Shown: piece after piece, positions 13,587-20,825 of the stretch
How positions within the stretch are numbered: the first letter of the stretch is position 1
Layout: the number at the start of each line of letters is the position of its first letter
Translations under genes and position numbers: made by a program
NCBI GenBank assembly: GCA_004321885.1
Contig: SCQK01000004.1
Span: 1-64,000, forward strand
Direction: 5' to 3'
DNA length: 64,000 bases
From: Patescibacteria group bacterium
GTDB lineage: Bacteria; Patescibacteriota; Patescibacteriia; Magasanikbacterales; GWA2-37-8
Notes under the pieces: generated by a model
Databases searched by the model: none
Told to the model about the DNA's origin: nothing
The model's input: only the letters and a program-made list of their open reading frames with translations

Positions 13587-16500
13587 ATGCCCATCAAACG
13601 AGTTCAAAAAGGACGACTAAAACCACCTGTCATTGCGAGACCTGAAAGAGGCCGCCTGCCCGCCTCTGGCGGGAAGCAATCCCCCGCGATTAAGAGAGGG
13701 ATCGCCGCGTCGCCCCGACGTAACGTCAGGGCTCCTCGCAATGACAAAGTGAAACCCGACACGAGCGGCGGTTACAGCGCCAAAAACATCACGGTGCTGG
13801 AAGGCTTGGAGGCCGTGCGCCGGCGGCCCGGCATGTATATCGGTTCCACGGGCACGACGGGCCTGCATCATCTGGTTTGGGAAGTGGTGGACAACTCCAT
13901 TGACGAAGCCATGGCCGGACATTGCGACCAAATTGACATCGCCTTGCTCCCCGGCCACCTGGTGGAAGTGCGCGACAACGGCCGCGGCATTCCGGTTGAC
14001 ATTCACCCCCAGCAAAAAGTCAGCGCCCTGGAAGTGGTACTCACCAAACTGCACGCCGGCGGTAAATTCGGCGACGGCGGCTATAAGGTCTCGGGCGGCC
14101 TCCACGGCGTGGGCGTGTCTGTGGTCAATGCTTTGTCGTCGTACGTAAAAGCCGAAGTGCATCGCGACGGAAAAATTTGGCTGCAAGAATACAAAAACGG
14201 CGGCCAGCCGGTAAAAAAAGTGCGGGCCATTGGCCCGGCCAAAGACACAGGCACGACCATTACTTTTTTACCCGACGCGAGCGTTTTTGAAACATTGGAT
14301 TTTGACTGGAAGACAATCGTGGACCATATCCGCCAACAGGCCTATCTAAACAAGGGCGTGCTTATTTCCGTTTCCGACCGGCGCCAGGGCGAGGAAAAAA
14401 CCAAAGACGGAACGGCTCTCCCTTATCCCAATCCCTCATATCAATTTTATTTTGAAGGCGGCATTGCTTCTTATGTGCGCCACCTGAATCAAAACAAAGA
14501 ACTGAAAAACGAAACTATTTTTTACGTTGATAAAGAGACCGATGGCGTGCGCGTGGAAACCGCTTTGCAATACACCGACGAATACACCGAATCGCTGTTC
14601 GCCTTTACCAACAACATCCACAATCCCGAAGGCGGCACGCATGTGGCTGGTTTTCGCGCGGCTCTCACACGCGGCCTGAACACCTACGCGCGCAACAAAA
14701 ATATCCTGAAAGAAAAAGACGCGAACCTGACCGGCGAGGACGCGCGCGAGGGCTTGAACTGCGTGATTTCGGTAAAGGTGCGCGAGCCCCAGTTTGAAGG
14801 TCAGACTAAAGCCAAACTGGGAAACACCGAGGTCAAGACCGCGGTGGAATCGGTGTTTGGCGACGCGTTTTTAATTTATTTGGAAGAGCACCCGCGGGAC
14901 GCCGAGGCCATCGTGGGCAAGTGTATCTTGGCGTCCAAAGCGCGCAACGCGGCCAAAATTGCGCGCGACGCCATCCTGCGCAAGGGCGCGCTGGAAGGCT
15001 TTACTTTGCCGGGCAAGCTGGCAGATTGCTCCAGCCGTCACGCCGAAGAGAGCGAATTGTTTTTGGTGGAAGGCGACAGTGCCGGTGGCTGTTTTTTTGG
15101 CTCAACTAAGCTAAAATTAGCCGACGGTCGCAGTTTATCTTTCAAAGAATTGGTGGAGGAAAACAAACAAGAAAAGAAAAACTATTGCTATACAATAAAA
15201 GAGGACGGCGATATTGGCATTGAACTGATAAAAAATCCACGAATGACGAAAACAGGCGCGGAAGTGATAAAAGTTATATTAGATAATGACGAGGAAATTA
15301 TTTGTACTCCGGACCACAAGTTTATGTTAAGGAACGGAGAATACAAGGTGGCACAAAATCTGACTCCCTGCGATTCATTAATGCCTCTATATAGGAAAAT
15401 ATCTGAAAAGAGTGGCAGAATCACAATTGAAGGATATGAAATGACCTTTAACCCGAAAGATGCAAGATGGATTTTCACTCATCTACTGGCAGATGATTAT
15501 AATTTACGAAACGGGGTGTACCCCGATGATAGAGGCACCAACAAGCATCATGTTGATTTTAATAAGTTAAATAATAACCCAGATAATATAGTAAGGATGA
15601 CTCACGAAGATCATATGGCTTATCATGCCATGATGCTTCAATTTGGTTTGCACAGAGCGGATGTAAAAGAAAAATCCAAAAAAGCTCACCAATCCGAGGG
15701 GTTTAAAGAAAAAATGAGCAGAATCATGAGTACTCCGGAAATGAAACAAATGTTAAGCCGCAGAGCGAAAAAGCAATGGGAGAACGAGGAATATAAAAAG
15801 TTCATGACGCAAAAATTCTTGGAATTTTACAATTCTAATGAGGAATACAAAAAAAAGAATAATGATTTTCTTAATAAGGCGCAGGAAGAATATTGGGCTG
15901 ACAAAGCCAACAGGAAAAAACAAGCCGAAAGAGTCACTGCGCATTTCAAGGAACATCCCGAAAGAAAAAAATGGCTTAGGGATTTCGCGAAACGGGAATG
16001 GACAGACAAAAATCTGCTTAAATGGCGAGCCGGGAAAACCAAGGAGCAATGGACTGACGAGTTTAGAAGGAAACGAAAAGAAGCATATGACAAGGTCTAC
16101 TTGACCAGCAGTCTGGCTTTCGCCAAAAAGCTTCTTGAATCCAAAGAAGATATGCTGAAAAAATATGACACTGCGCGAATTAATCTTCCGAAAAAAAATA
16201 CCAACCTGTTGAGCTTGAGGACTTTAATTGACAGATTTTTCAACGGCCAAAAACAAAACTTCCTTGAGGCGGTGGCGAATTATAACCATAAAATAATAAG
16301 AATTGAAAAAGTTGCCGAAAAAATGGACGTATATGATATTGAAGTGCCGCACACGCACAACTTTGCATTGGCCAGCGGCGTGTTCGTGCACAATAGCGCA
16401 AAATCCGGACGCGATCGCGAACACCAGGCCATACTCCCCTTGCGCGGCAAGGTGCTGAACGTGGAGCGCGCGCGCTTGGACAAAATCATCGGCAACAACG

Positions 16501-17117
16501 AATTAAAATCGCTGATTATCGCCCTGGGCACGAACATCGGCGAACAATTTGACATCTCCAAATTGCGCTACCACCGCATCGTTATTATGACCGACGCGGA
16601 CGTAGACGGCGCCCACATCCGCACTTTGCTTCTCACTTTTTTCTATCGCCACTTCCAGGACCTGATAACCGGCGGGCACATTTACATCGCCCAGCCGCCT
16701 TTATACAGCGTAAAATACGGCAAAGAAATGAAATACGCTTTTAACGACGAAGAAAAAGAAAAAATCTTGAAAGAATTACAGGGCAAGGGCAAGACGGCCA
16801 AGATTTCCTCCCCTGCCCGAGGGGAGGATGAAGGAGGGGCGGGAACGGAAGCTGAGAGCGGCGAAGAAGAAGCACAGTCATTGGTGGTGGGCGGGGTAAA
16901 GGTGAACATCCAGCGCTACAAAGGTTTAGGTGAAATGAACCCCGAACAGTTGTGGGAAACCACCATGAATCCTGAGAACCGAATAATGAAGCAAGTAACC
17001 GCGGAAAACGCGGAAGCGGCCAACCAAATGTTTGAGGTTTTGATGGGAGACGAGGTGGAGCCGCGCAAAAAATTCATCCAGACCCACGCCAAGCAGGTGC
17101 AGAATTTGGACGTGTAA
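13587..17117 (+). CDS. gyrB: DNA gyrase subunit B, interrupted by an intein
   Basis: Motifs LEGLEAVRRRPGMYIGS, HHLVWEVVDNSIDEA, EGDSAGG / SAKSGRDR flanking the intein, PLRGKVLNVE and QRYKGLGEMNPEQLWETTM. The first 54 codons run through a P-family palindrome, and GTG 13749 gives a normal-length N-terminus (MKPDTSGGYSAKNITVLEGL). The start is therefore uncertain. Confidence 0.95.
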   Translation: MPIKRVQKGRLKPPVIARPERGRLPASGGKQSPAIKRGIAASPRRNVRAPRNDKVKPDTSGGYSAKNITVLEGLEAVRRRPGMYIGSTGTTGLHHLVWEVVDNSIDEAMAGHCDQIDIALLPGHLVEVRDNGRGIPVDIHPQQKVSALEVVLTKLHAGGKFGDGGYKVSGGLHGVGVSVVNALSSYVKAEVHRDGKIWLQEYKNGGQPVKKVRAIGPAKDTGTTITFLPDASVFETLDFDWKTIVDHIRQQAYLNKGVLISVSDRRQGEEKTKDGTALPYPNPSYQFYFEGGIASYVRHLNQNKELKNETIFYVDKETDGVRVETALQYTDEYTESLFAFTNNIHNPEGGTHVAGFRAALTRGLNTYARNKNILKEKDANLTGEDAREGLNCVISVKVREPQFEGQTKAKLGNTEVKTAVESVFGDAFLIYLEEHPRDAEAIVGKCILASKARNAAKIARDAILRKGALEGFTLPGKLADCSSRHAEESELFLVEGDSAGGCFFGSTKLKLADGRSLSFKELVEENKQEKKNYCYTIKEDGDIGIELIKNPRMTKTGAEVIKVILDNDEEIICTPDHKFMLRNGEYKVAQNLTPCDSLMPLYRKISEKSGRITIEGYEMTFNPKDARWIFTHLLADDYNLRNGVYPDDRGTNKHHVDFNKLNNNPDNIVRMTHEDHMAYHAMMLQFGLHRADVKEKSKKAHQSEGFKEKMSRIMSTPEMKQMLSRRAKKQWENEEYKKFMTQKFLEFYNSNEEYKKKNNDFLNKAQEEYWADKANRKKQAERVTAHFKEHPERKKWLRDFAKREWTDKNLLKWRAGKTKEQWTDEFRRKRKEAYDKVYLTSSLAFAKKLLESKEDMLKKYDTARINLPKKNTNLLSLRTLIDRFFNGQKQNFLEAVANYNHKIIRIEKVAEKMDVYDIEVPHTHNFALASGVFVHNSAKSGRDREHQAILPLRGKVLNVERARLDKIIGNNELKSLIIALGTNIGEQFDISKLRYHRIVIMTDADVDGAHIRTLLLTFFYRHFQDLITGGHIYIAQPPLYSVKYGKEMKYAFNDEEKEKILKELQGKGKTAKISSPARGEDEGGAGTEAESGEEEAQSLVVGGVKVNIQRYKGLGEMNPEQLWETTMNPENRIMKQVTAENAEAANQMFEVLMGDEVEPRKKFIQTHAKQVQNLDV
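13629..13745. repeat. P-family palindrome, copy 2 (in gyrB leader or N-terminal extension)
   Basis: GTCATTGCGAG at 13629 and CTCGCAATGAC ending at 13745, with inner GAAGCAATC. Confidence 0.8.
15090..16394 (+). mobile_element. GyrB intein (435 codons) with HNH homing-endonuclease motif and Lys/Glu-rich repeats
   Basis: Inserted between GDSAGG and SAKSGRDR.
- Starts with Cys (CFFGSTKLKLADG).
- Block B TPDH (ICTPDHKFML).
- Ends VFVHN followed by Ser.
- HNH-like HHVDFNKLNNNPDNIVRMTHEDHMAYH.
- Then repeated K/E-rich units (KAHQSEGFKEKMS, RRAKKQWENEEYKKFM, EYKKKNNDFLNKAQEEYW) resembling NUMOD-type DNA-binding repeats.
- Visibly more AT-rich than the exteins. Confidence 0.85.
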
Positions 17118-17225
17118 GACTTGACAAAAAATCGTGTATATAATATAGTAGGCATAATTACGGCCGAGAGGCCTTTTTTGAAACCATATAAAATTGTCAT
17201 TCCCGCGCGAGCAGGAATCCATAGT

Positions 17226-17414
17226 ATGTTAAACACTATCAAAAACTATTTTCTCGGCTCTTACGCCGAGATGCGAAAAGTGAACTGGCCCACCAAAAAG
17301 CAGACCTTCAATTACAGCCTGCTGGTGATTGGCATGAGCATCGGCATGGCCGTGTTTTTCAGCATTTTAGATTATATTTTCAATCTGGGAATAGAAAAAA
17401 TGATAATTAAGTAA
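17226..17414 (+). CDS. secE: preprotein translocase subunit SecE
   Basis: 62 aa, MLNTIKNYFLGSYAEMRKVNWPTKKQTFNYSLLVIGMSIGMAVFF, with one TM segment. Sits in the canonical position before nusG. The track ORF's earlier start reads through a repeat. Confidence 0.85.
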   Translation: MLNTIKNYFLGSYAEMRKVNWPTKKQTFNYSLLVIGMSIGMAVFFSILDYIFNLGIEKMIIK

Positions 17415-17415
17415 T

Positions 17416-17453
17416 ACCCCTCTCTGTCTCTCCCCTTATAAAGGGGAGAGGAA
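17416..17453. repeat. S-family hairpin (CCTCCCC-TTATAA-GGGGAGG type), intergenic example
   Basis: ACCCCTCTCTGTCTCTCCCCTTATAAAGGGGAGAGGAATC between secE and nusG. Confidence 0.8.
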
Positions 17454-17458
17454 TCAAT

Positions 17459-18004
17459 ATGGCTAAACAAACACTAAATCTGGGACGCCGCTGGTATGTC
17501 CTGCACACCTACAGCGGTTACGAAGAAAACGTCAAGAGCAACCTATTGCAAAGGGTGGAATCGTTCGCCATGAGCGACAAAATTTTCAACGTGCTGGTGC
17601 CCAAAGAGAAAAAAATAAAAATCAAAAACGGCCGACGCAGTACCGTGGATGAAAAAATCTTTCCGGGCTATGTGCTGGTGGAAATGGTTGTAACCGACGA
17701 TTCGTGGTATGTGGTGCGCAACACCCCGAACGTGACCGGCTTCGTGGGCTCGGGCACGACCCCCACTCCGGTTGACCAGTCCGAAGTTGATTCTTTGCTC
17801 AAACGGATGTCGGCCGCCGAACCCCAGCACAAAATTGATTTGGAAGTGAACGAACCGGTGCGAATTACTGACGGGCCGTTCAAAAATTTTGAAGGCAAAA
17901 TCAGCAACATAGACGGCGAGCGCGGCAAGGTGAAAGTTCTAATAACCATGTTCGGCCGCGAAACGCCCGTGGAGCTGGACGTGATGCAAGTAAAGAAAAT
18001 TTAA
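17459..18004 (+). CDS. nusG: transcription termination/antitermination factor NusG
   Basis: RWYVLHTYSGYEENVKSNL, FPGYVLVEM, and the KOW region GPFKNFEGKISNIDGERGKVKVLITMFGRETPVEL. Confidence 0.95.
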   Translation: MAKQTLNLGRRWYVLHTYSGYEENVKSNLLQRVESFAMSDKIFNVLVPKEKKIKIKNGRRSTVDEKIFPGYVLVEMVVTDDSWYVVRNTPNVTGFVGSGTTPTPVDQSEVDSLLKRMSAAEPQHKIDLEVNEPVRITDGPFKNFEGKISNIDGERGKVKVLITMFGRETPVELDVMQVKKI

Positions 18005-18013
18005 TTTATATAT

Positions 18014-18436
18014 ATGGCTAAAAAATTAATGACGCAAATCAAATTGCAAATACCGGGCGGAGCGGCCAATCCCGCGCCTCCGATTGGCCCGGCTTTGGGC
18101 CAGCACGGGGTAAACATCCAGGGGTTCTGTAAAGAATTCAACGACAAAACCAAAGACAAACACGGTGAAGTAGTACCGGTGGTAATTTCTGTTTACGAAG
18201 ACCGCAGTTTCACCTTTATCATGAAAACCCCGCCGGTGCCCGAACTGATAAAAAAAGCGGCCGGCATTGCCAAGGGCTCGGCCAAACCCCTGCAGGAAAA
18301 AGTGGGCAAAATCACCAAAGCGCAGGTGCGCGAAATCGCTCAAAAGAAAATGCCCGACCTGAACGCCAACGACGTGGAAGCCGCCATGAGAATGGTGGAA
18401 GGCACGGCCAAGCAGATGGGCGTGACGGTGGAATAA
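18014..18436 (+). CDS. rplK: 50S ribosomal protein L11
   Basis: [36 protein letters not shown] terminator hairpin GCGGCT-TGATT-GAGCCGC plus T run follows at about 18455-18488. Confidence 0.95.
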   Translation: MAKKLMTQIKLQIPGGAANPAPPIGPALGQHGVNIQGFCKEFNDKTKDKHGEVVPVVISVYEDRSFTFIMKTPPVPELIKKAAGIAKGSAKPLQEKVGKITKAQVREIAQKKMPDLNANDVEAAMRMVEGTAKQMGVTVE

Positions 18437-18537
18437 AAAATAATGAAAAGCAGCAAATAAAAGGCGGCTTGATTGAGCCGCTTTTTATTGTTTTACAATT
18501 ACTGTATAATAGATGCCGCCTCATTCGTCTTAACAAT

Positions 18538-19107
18538 ATGCGGACAGAGCAAGACAAAATTATCGACGCCGAGCTGGCGGCTAAAGCGGCCGGCGGCGAC
18601 CAAAACGCGTTCGTCATTCTTTATGATAAATACGCCGGGGCTATTTTCAGGCATATTATTTTTCGCGGAGGCGACAAGGCCGTTGCCGAAGACATCGCCA
18701 GCCAAACCTTCATGCGCTTTTGGGATTGGTTGCGGGAAAACAAACCCGTAAAATCCTGCAAGGCGCTTCTCTACCGCATCGCCGGCAATCTTTTTATTGA
18801 CTTGACCAGAACAAAAGAATACAAAAATTTATCGCTTGAAGACATGAGCGAAAACAAAGGCGCCCAGCCCGCGGCTAAAGAAAATATCGCCATTGATTTG
18901 GAAAAGAAAGAAGAAATTACTGCCCTGAAAAACGCGCTGAACAAACTGCCGGAACTTTACAAACAAATACTCACTATGCGCTATCTGGACGAACTCTCGG
19001 TGGCGGAAATCGCCAAAGCCACCGGTAAGAAAAGCGGGGCCATATACGTCTCTATCTATAGAGGCATCAAAGCCCTGCGGCAGGCCATGGTCGAGGCCAA
19101 GCGCTAA
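18538..19107 (+). CDS. RNA polymerase sigma-70 family factor (ECF-like)
   Basis: Region 2 (AFVILYDKYAGAIFRHIIFRGGDKAVAEDIASQTFMRFW) and region 4 (LPELYKQILTMRYLDELSVAEIAKATGKKSGAIYVSIYRGIKALR). Start placed at ATG 18538. Confidence 0.85.
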   Translation: MRTEQDKIIDAELAAKAAGGDQNAFVILYDKYAGAIFRHIIFRGGDKAVAEDIASQTFMRFWDWLRENKPVKSCKALLYRIAGNLFIDLTRTKEYKNLSLEDMSENKGAQPAAKENIAIDLEKKEEITALKNALNKLPELYKQILTMRYLDELSVAEIAKATGKKSGAIYVSIYRGIKALRQAMVEAKR

Positions 19108-19128
19108 ACAACAAATAAATCCAAGTAT

Positions 19129-19815
19129 ATGGAAAAAATAAAATTCAGCGCAATTAAAAAACTGTTTCAATCGGCGCGCTCTTTGCCTGTAGGCGGAACG
19201 GACTTGAATAAAGGCAAAGAAAAAGCGCTCAATTACATGCGCGCGCATCCGATTGAAGCAAAGGCGCGTTCGCAAGGCTTTGGCCCAATATTATTCCCTC
19301 TTAATTTTAAGCATATGGTTTCTATTATTATCATAGTGGCCCTGCTCTTCGGGGGCGGAGGCGCGGTGGTGGCTTCGCAAAACGACATGCCGGGCGATAT
19401 TCTATACCCGGTAAAATTACTCAGTGAAAATGTGCGCGAGGCCCTGACTTTTTCTGTAAAAAGCCAAGCCAAACTGGACGCTGAATTGGCCAACGAGAGA
19501 GCCGAAGAATTAAAATACGTGACGGTTGAAAAAAAAGCCAAAGAGCTTGTGGCCGAGACGGCTGAGCGATTACAGGAACAACTGGAGGAACTGCAAGATG
19601 ATTTGGATGAACTTTCCGCGGCCGATAGGGCAAATATTATGTTGCAAACCTCACCTCTCATCGCCAGCACCAGCGTGCAAACGCAATTAAAAATAGAGTT
19701 GGAAGACGATGACGAGATTGAAAAAGAGGATGACGAAATTGAAGTCAAAGCCGGCGTGAAGCTTAAAGTGGAAACAGAGATAGAAAACGAAGTGGAAACA
19801 GAGATAGAAAACTAG
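19129..19815 (+). CDS. putative anti-sigma / DUF5667-like membrane protein
   Basis: One TM segment (MVSIIIIVALLFGGGGAVVA), then PGDILYPVKLLSENVREALTF, which I associate with DUF5667. Acidic C-terminal repeats (VETEIENEVETEIEN). Adjacent to the sigma factor. Confidence 0.6.
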   Translation: MEKIKFSAIKKLFQSARSLPVGGTDLNKGKEKALNYMRAHPIEAKARSQGFGPILFPLNFKHMVSIIIIVALLFGGGGAVVASQNDMPGDILYPVKLLSENVREALTFSVKSQAKLDAELANERAEELKYVTVEKKAKELVAETAERLQEQLEELQDDLDELSAADRANIMLQTSPLIASTSVQTQLKIELEDDDEIEKEDDEIEVKAGVKLKVETEIENEVETEIEN

Positions 19816-19840
19816 ATTAAAATAGATTAAAAATCCGGAT

Positions 19841-19870
19841 AAAAAAGACAGCCGCAAGGTCGTCTTTTTT
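19841..19870. terminator. bidirectional rho-independent terminator
   Basis: A run, then hairpin GACAGCC-GCAA-GGTCGTC, then T run. It serves the plus-strand anti-sigma gene and the minus-strand tRNA-like gene. Confidence 0.65.
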
Positions 19871-19872
19871 AG

Positions 19873-19946
19873 TGGTGGAGCGAGGGGGAGTTGAACCCCA
19901 AAAGCTAACATGGCAATGGTAGCTGCAGACCGTCTGCGCTCGCCCC
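19873..19946 (-). tRNA. tRNA-like gene with alanine-type acceptor (G3:U70, A73, encoded CCA) and an aberrant anticodon arm
   Basis: Minus-strand sequence: GGGGCGA GC GCAG-ACGGT-CTGC A GCTAC-CATTGCCAT-G(T)TAGC TTTT GGGG-TTCAACT-CCCC C TCGCTCC ACCA. Acceptor, D and T arms fold. The anticodon region gives only a 9-12 nt loop, which contains TGC (Ala) and GCC (Gly) triplets. Confidence 0.5.
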
Positions 19947-19991
19947 TGTTCCACCGAGCAATAGTATATCACAAACGCAAAACGGAGCATA

Positions 19992-20062
19992 TCAAAAGAG
20001 CTCCCTTACGGGAGCTCCGGGGTTCTGTAGACGGTATTCTACAACTAACCTTGCCATGTTAA
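19992..20062 (-). ncRNA. anti-tRNA small RNA 3
   Basis: Minus-strand promoter: TTGACA (plus 20089-20094), 16-nt spacer, TATAGT (plus 20067-20072). AACATGGCAA (plus 20051-20060) is the exact reverse complement of the tRNA-like anticodon region (plus 19907-19916). AGACGGT/ACCGTCT pair between 20029-20035 and 19929-19935. Terminator GGAGCTCCC-GTAA-GGGAGCTC plus TTTTG. Confidence 0.55.
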
Positions 20063-20232
20063 AAACACTATAACATATCCACAAAAATTGTCAATATTTT
20101 ATCCACAAGCTAAACTATTGACTGGGGGTTGACATTTATGTATACTTATGATAAAGTTTTTTGCTCTTTGAGTCACGCCGGAGTGAAATCCGGAGTACGT
20201 TGTTCCACTTCAAACTCGCAGCGGAGGCAGAA

Positions 20233-20655
20233 ATGTATTTGTATCGGAACGAGAACAACGACGCGCCGCGCTACAACCCGTCGTTTCCCGTCTTCACGAA
20301 GGAGATGACGGCCGACCTGTCGCAGGCGAGCGCCACGATGCTCGCCGCGTACTTCAACGACGTCGCGAGCCGGGACGGCGGTGAGAGCTTCGTGTACGAC
20401 CTCGCCGAGCGGCTGGCGGCCGACATGCCGCTCGCGACGCTCCTCGCCGCGGCCCACCTCTGCCGGCTCTCGTCGGCCGAGTTCATCTCGCACATCCTCT
20501 GCGCGTGCGGGAAGAACGGCCGCGCCCTGGAGTGCGCGCGAGCAGTGGCCGAGGCCTCGCTCGCGGTGTTCCGCGAGCACAGCGAAAAACGCCGCGCGCG
20601 GCGGCTGGCTGTGGCGTGCTACACGCACCGGCTCTACCGCGCGGCCCGAGCCTGA
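20233..20655 (+). CDS. hypothetical protein encoded by a strongly GC-rich foreign segment
   Basis: Promoter: TTGACA 20129-20134, 17-nt spacer, TAAAGT 20152-20157. GGAGG at 20223-20227 lies 5 nt before ATG 20233. 140 codons, of which roughly nine in ten end in G or C by manual reading. This singles out this frame among the overlapping ORFs. No recognisable motif. Confidence 0.65.
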   Translation: MYLYRNENNDAPRYNPSFPVFTKEMTADLSQASATMLAAYFNDVASRDGGESFVYDLAERLAADMPLATLLAAAHLCRLSSAEFISHILCACGKNGRALECARAVAEASLAVFREHSEKRRARRLAVACYTHRLYRAARA

Positions 20656-20825
20656 CGCTCTTTCCCTCTCCCCGCTCTTTCCCGCCATATTCTGCTTCGC
20701 CACATCGGCGGCGCAGACCAACCTACGAGCCCCGAGTCACTGACCCGGGCGCTTCTGTTTTAGAGGGATCCTTCCCCCCGACTGAGTCGGGGGTCAGGAT
20801 GACATGGTCGCTGCAGGCGACCATG

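Noticed and set aside
19873-19946. Possible tmRNA (ssrA), because of the GGGGCGA 5' end and the GGTTCAACTCCCCCTCGCTCCACCA 3' end.
   Set aside because: Both halves are only 74 nt apart with ordinary D and T arms. There is no room for a tag reading frame or pseudoknots. It is treated as a tRNA-like gene.
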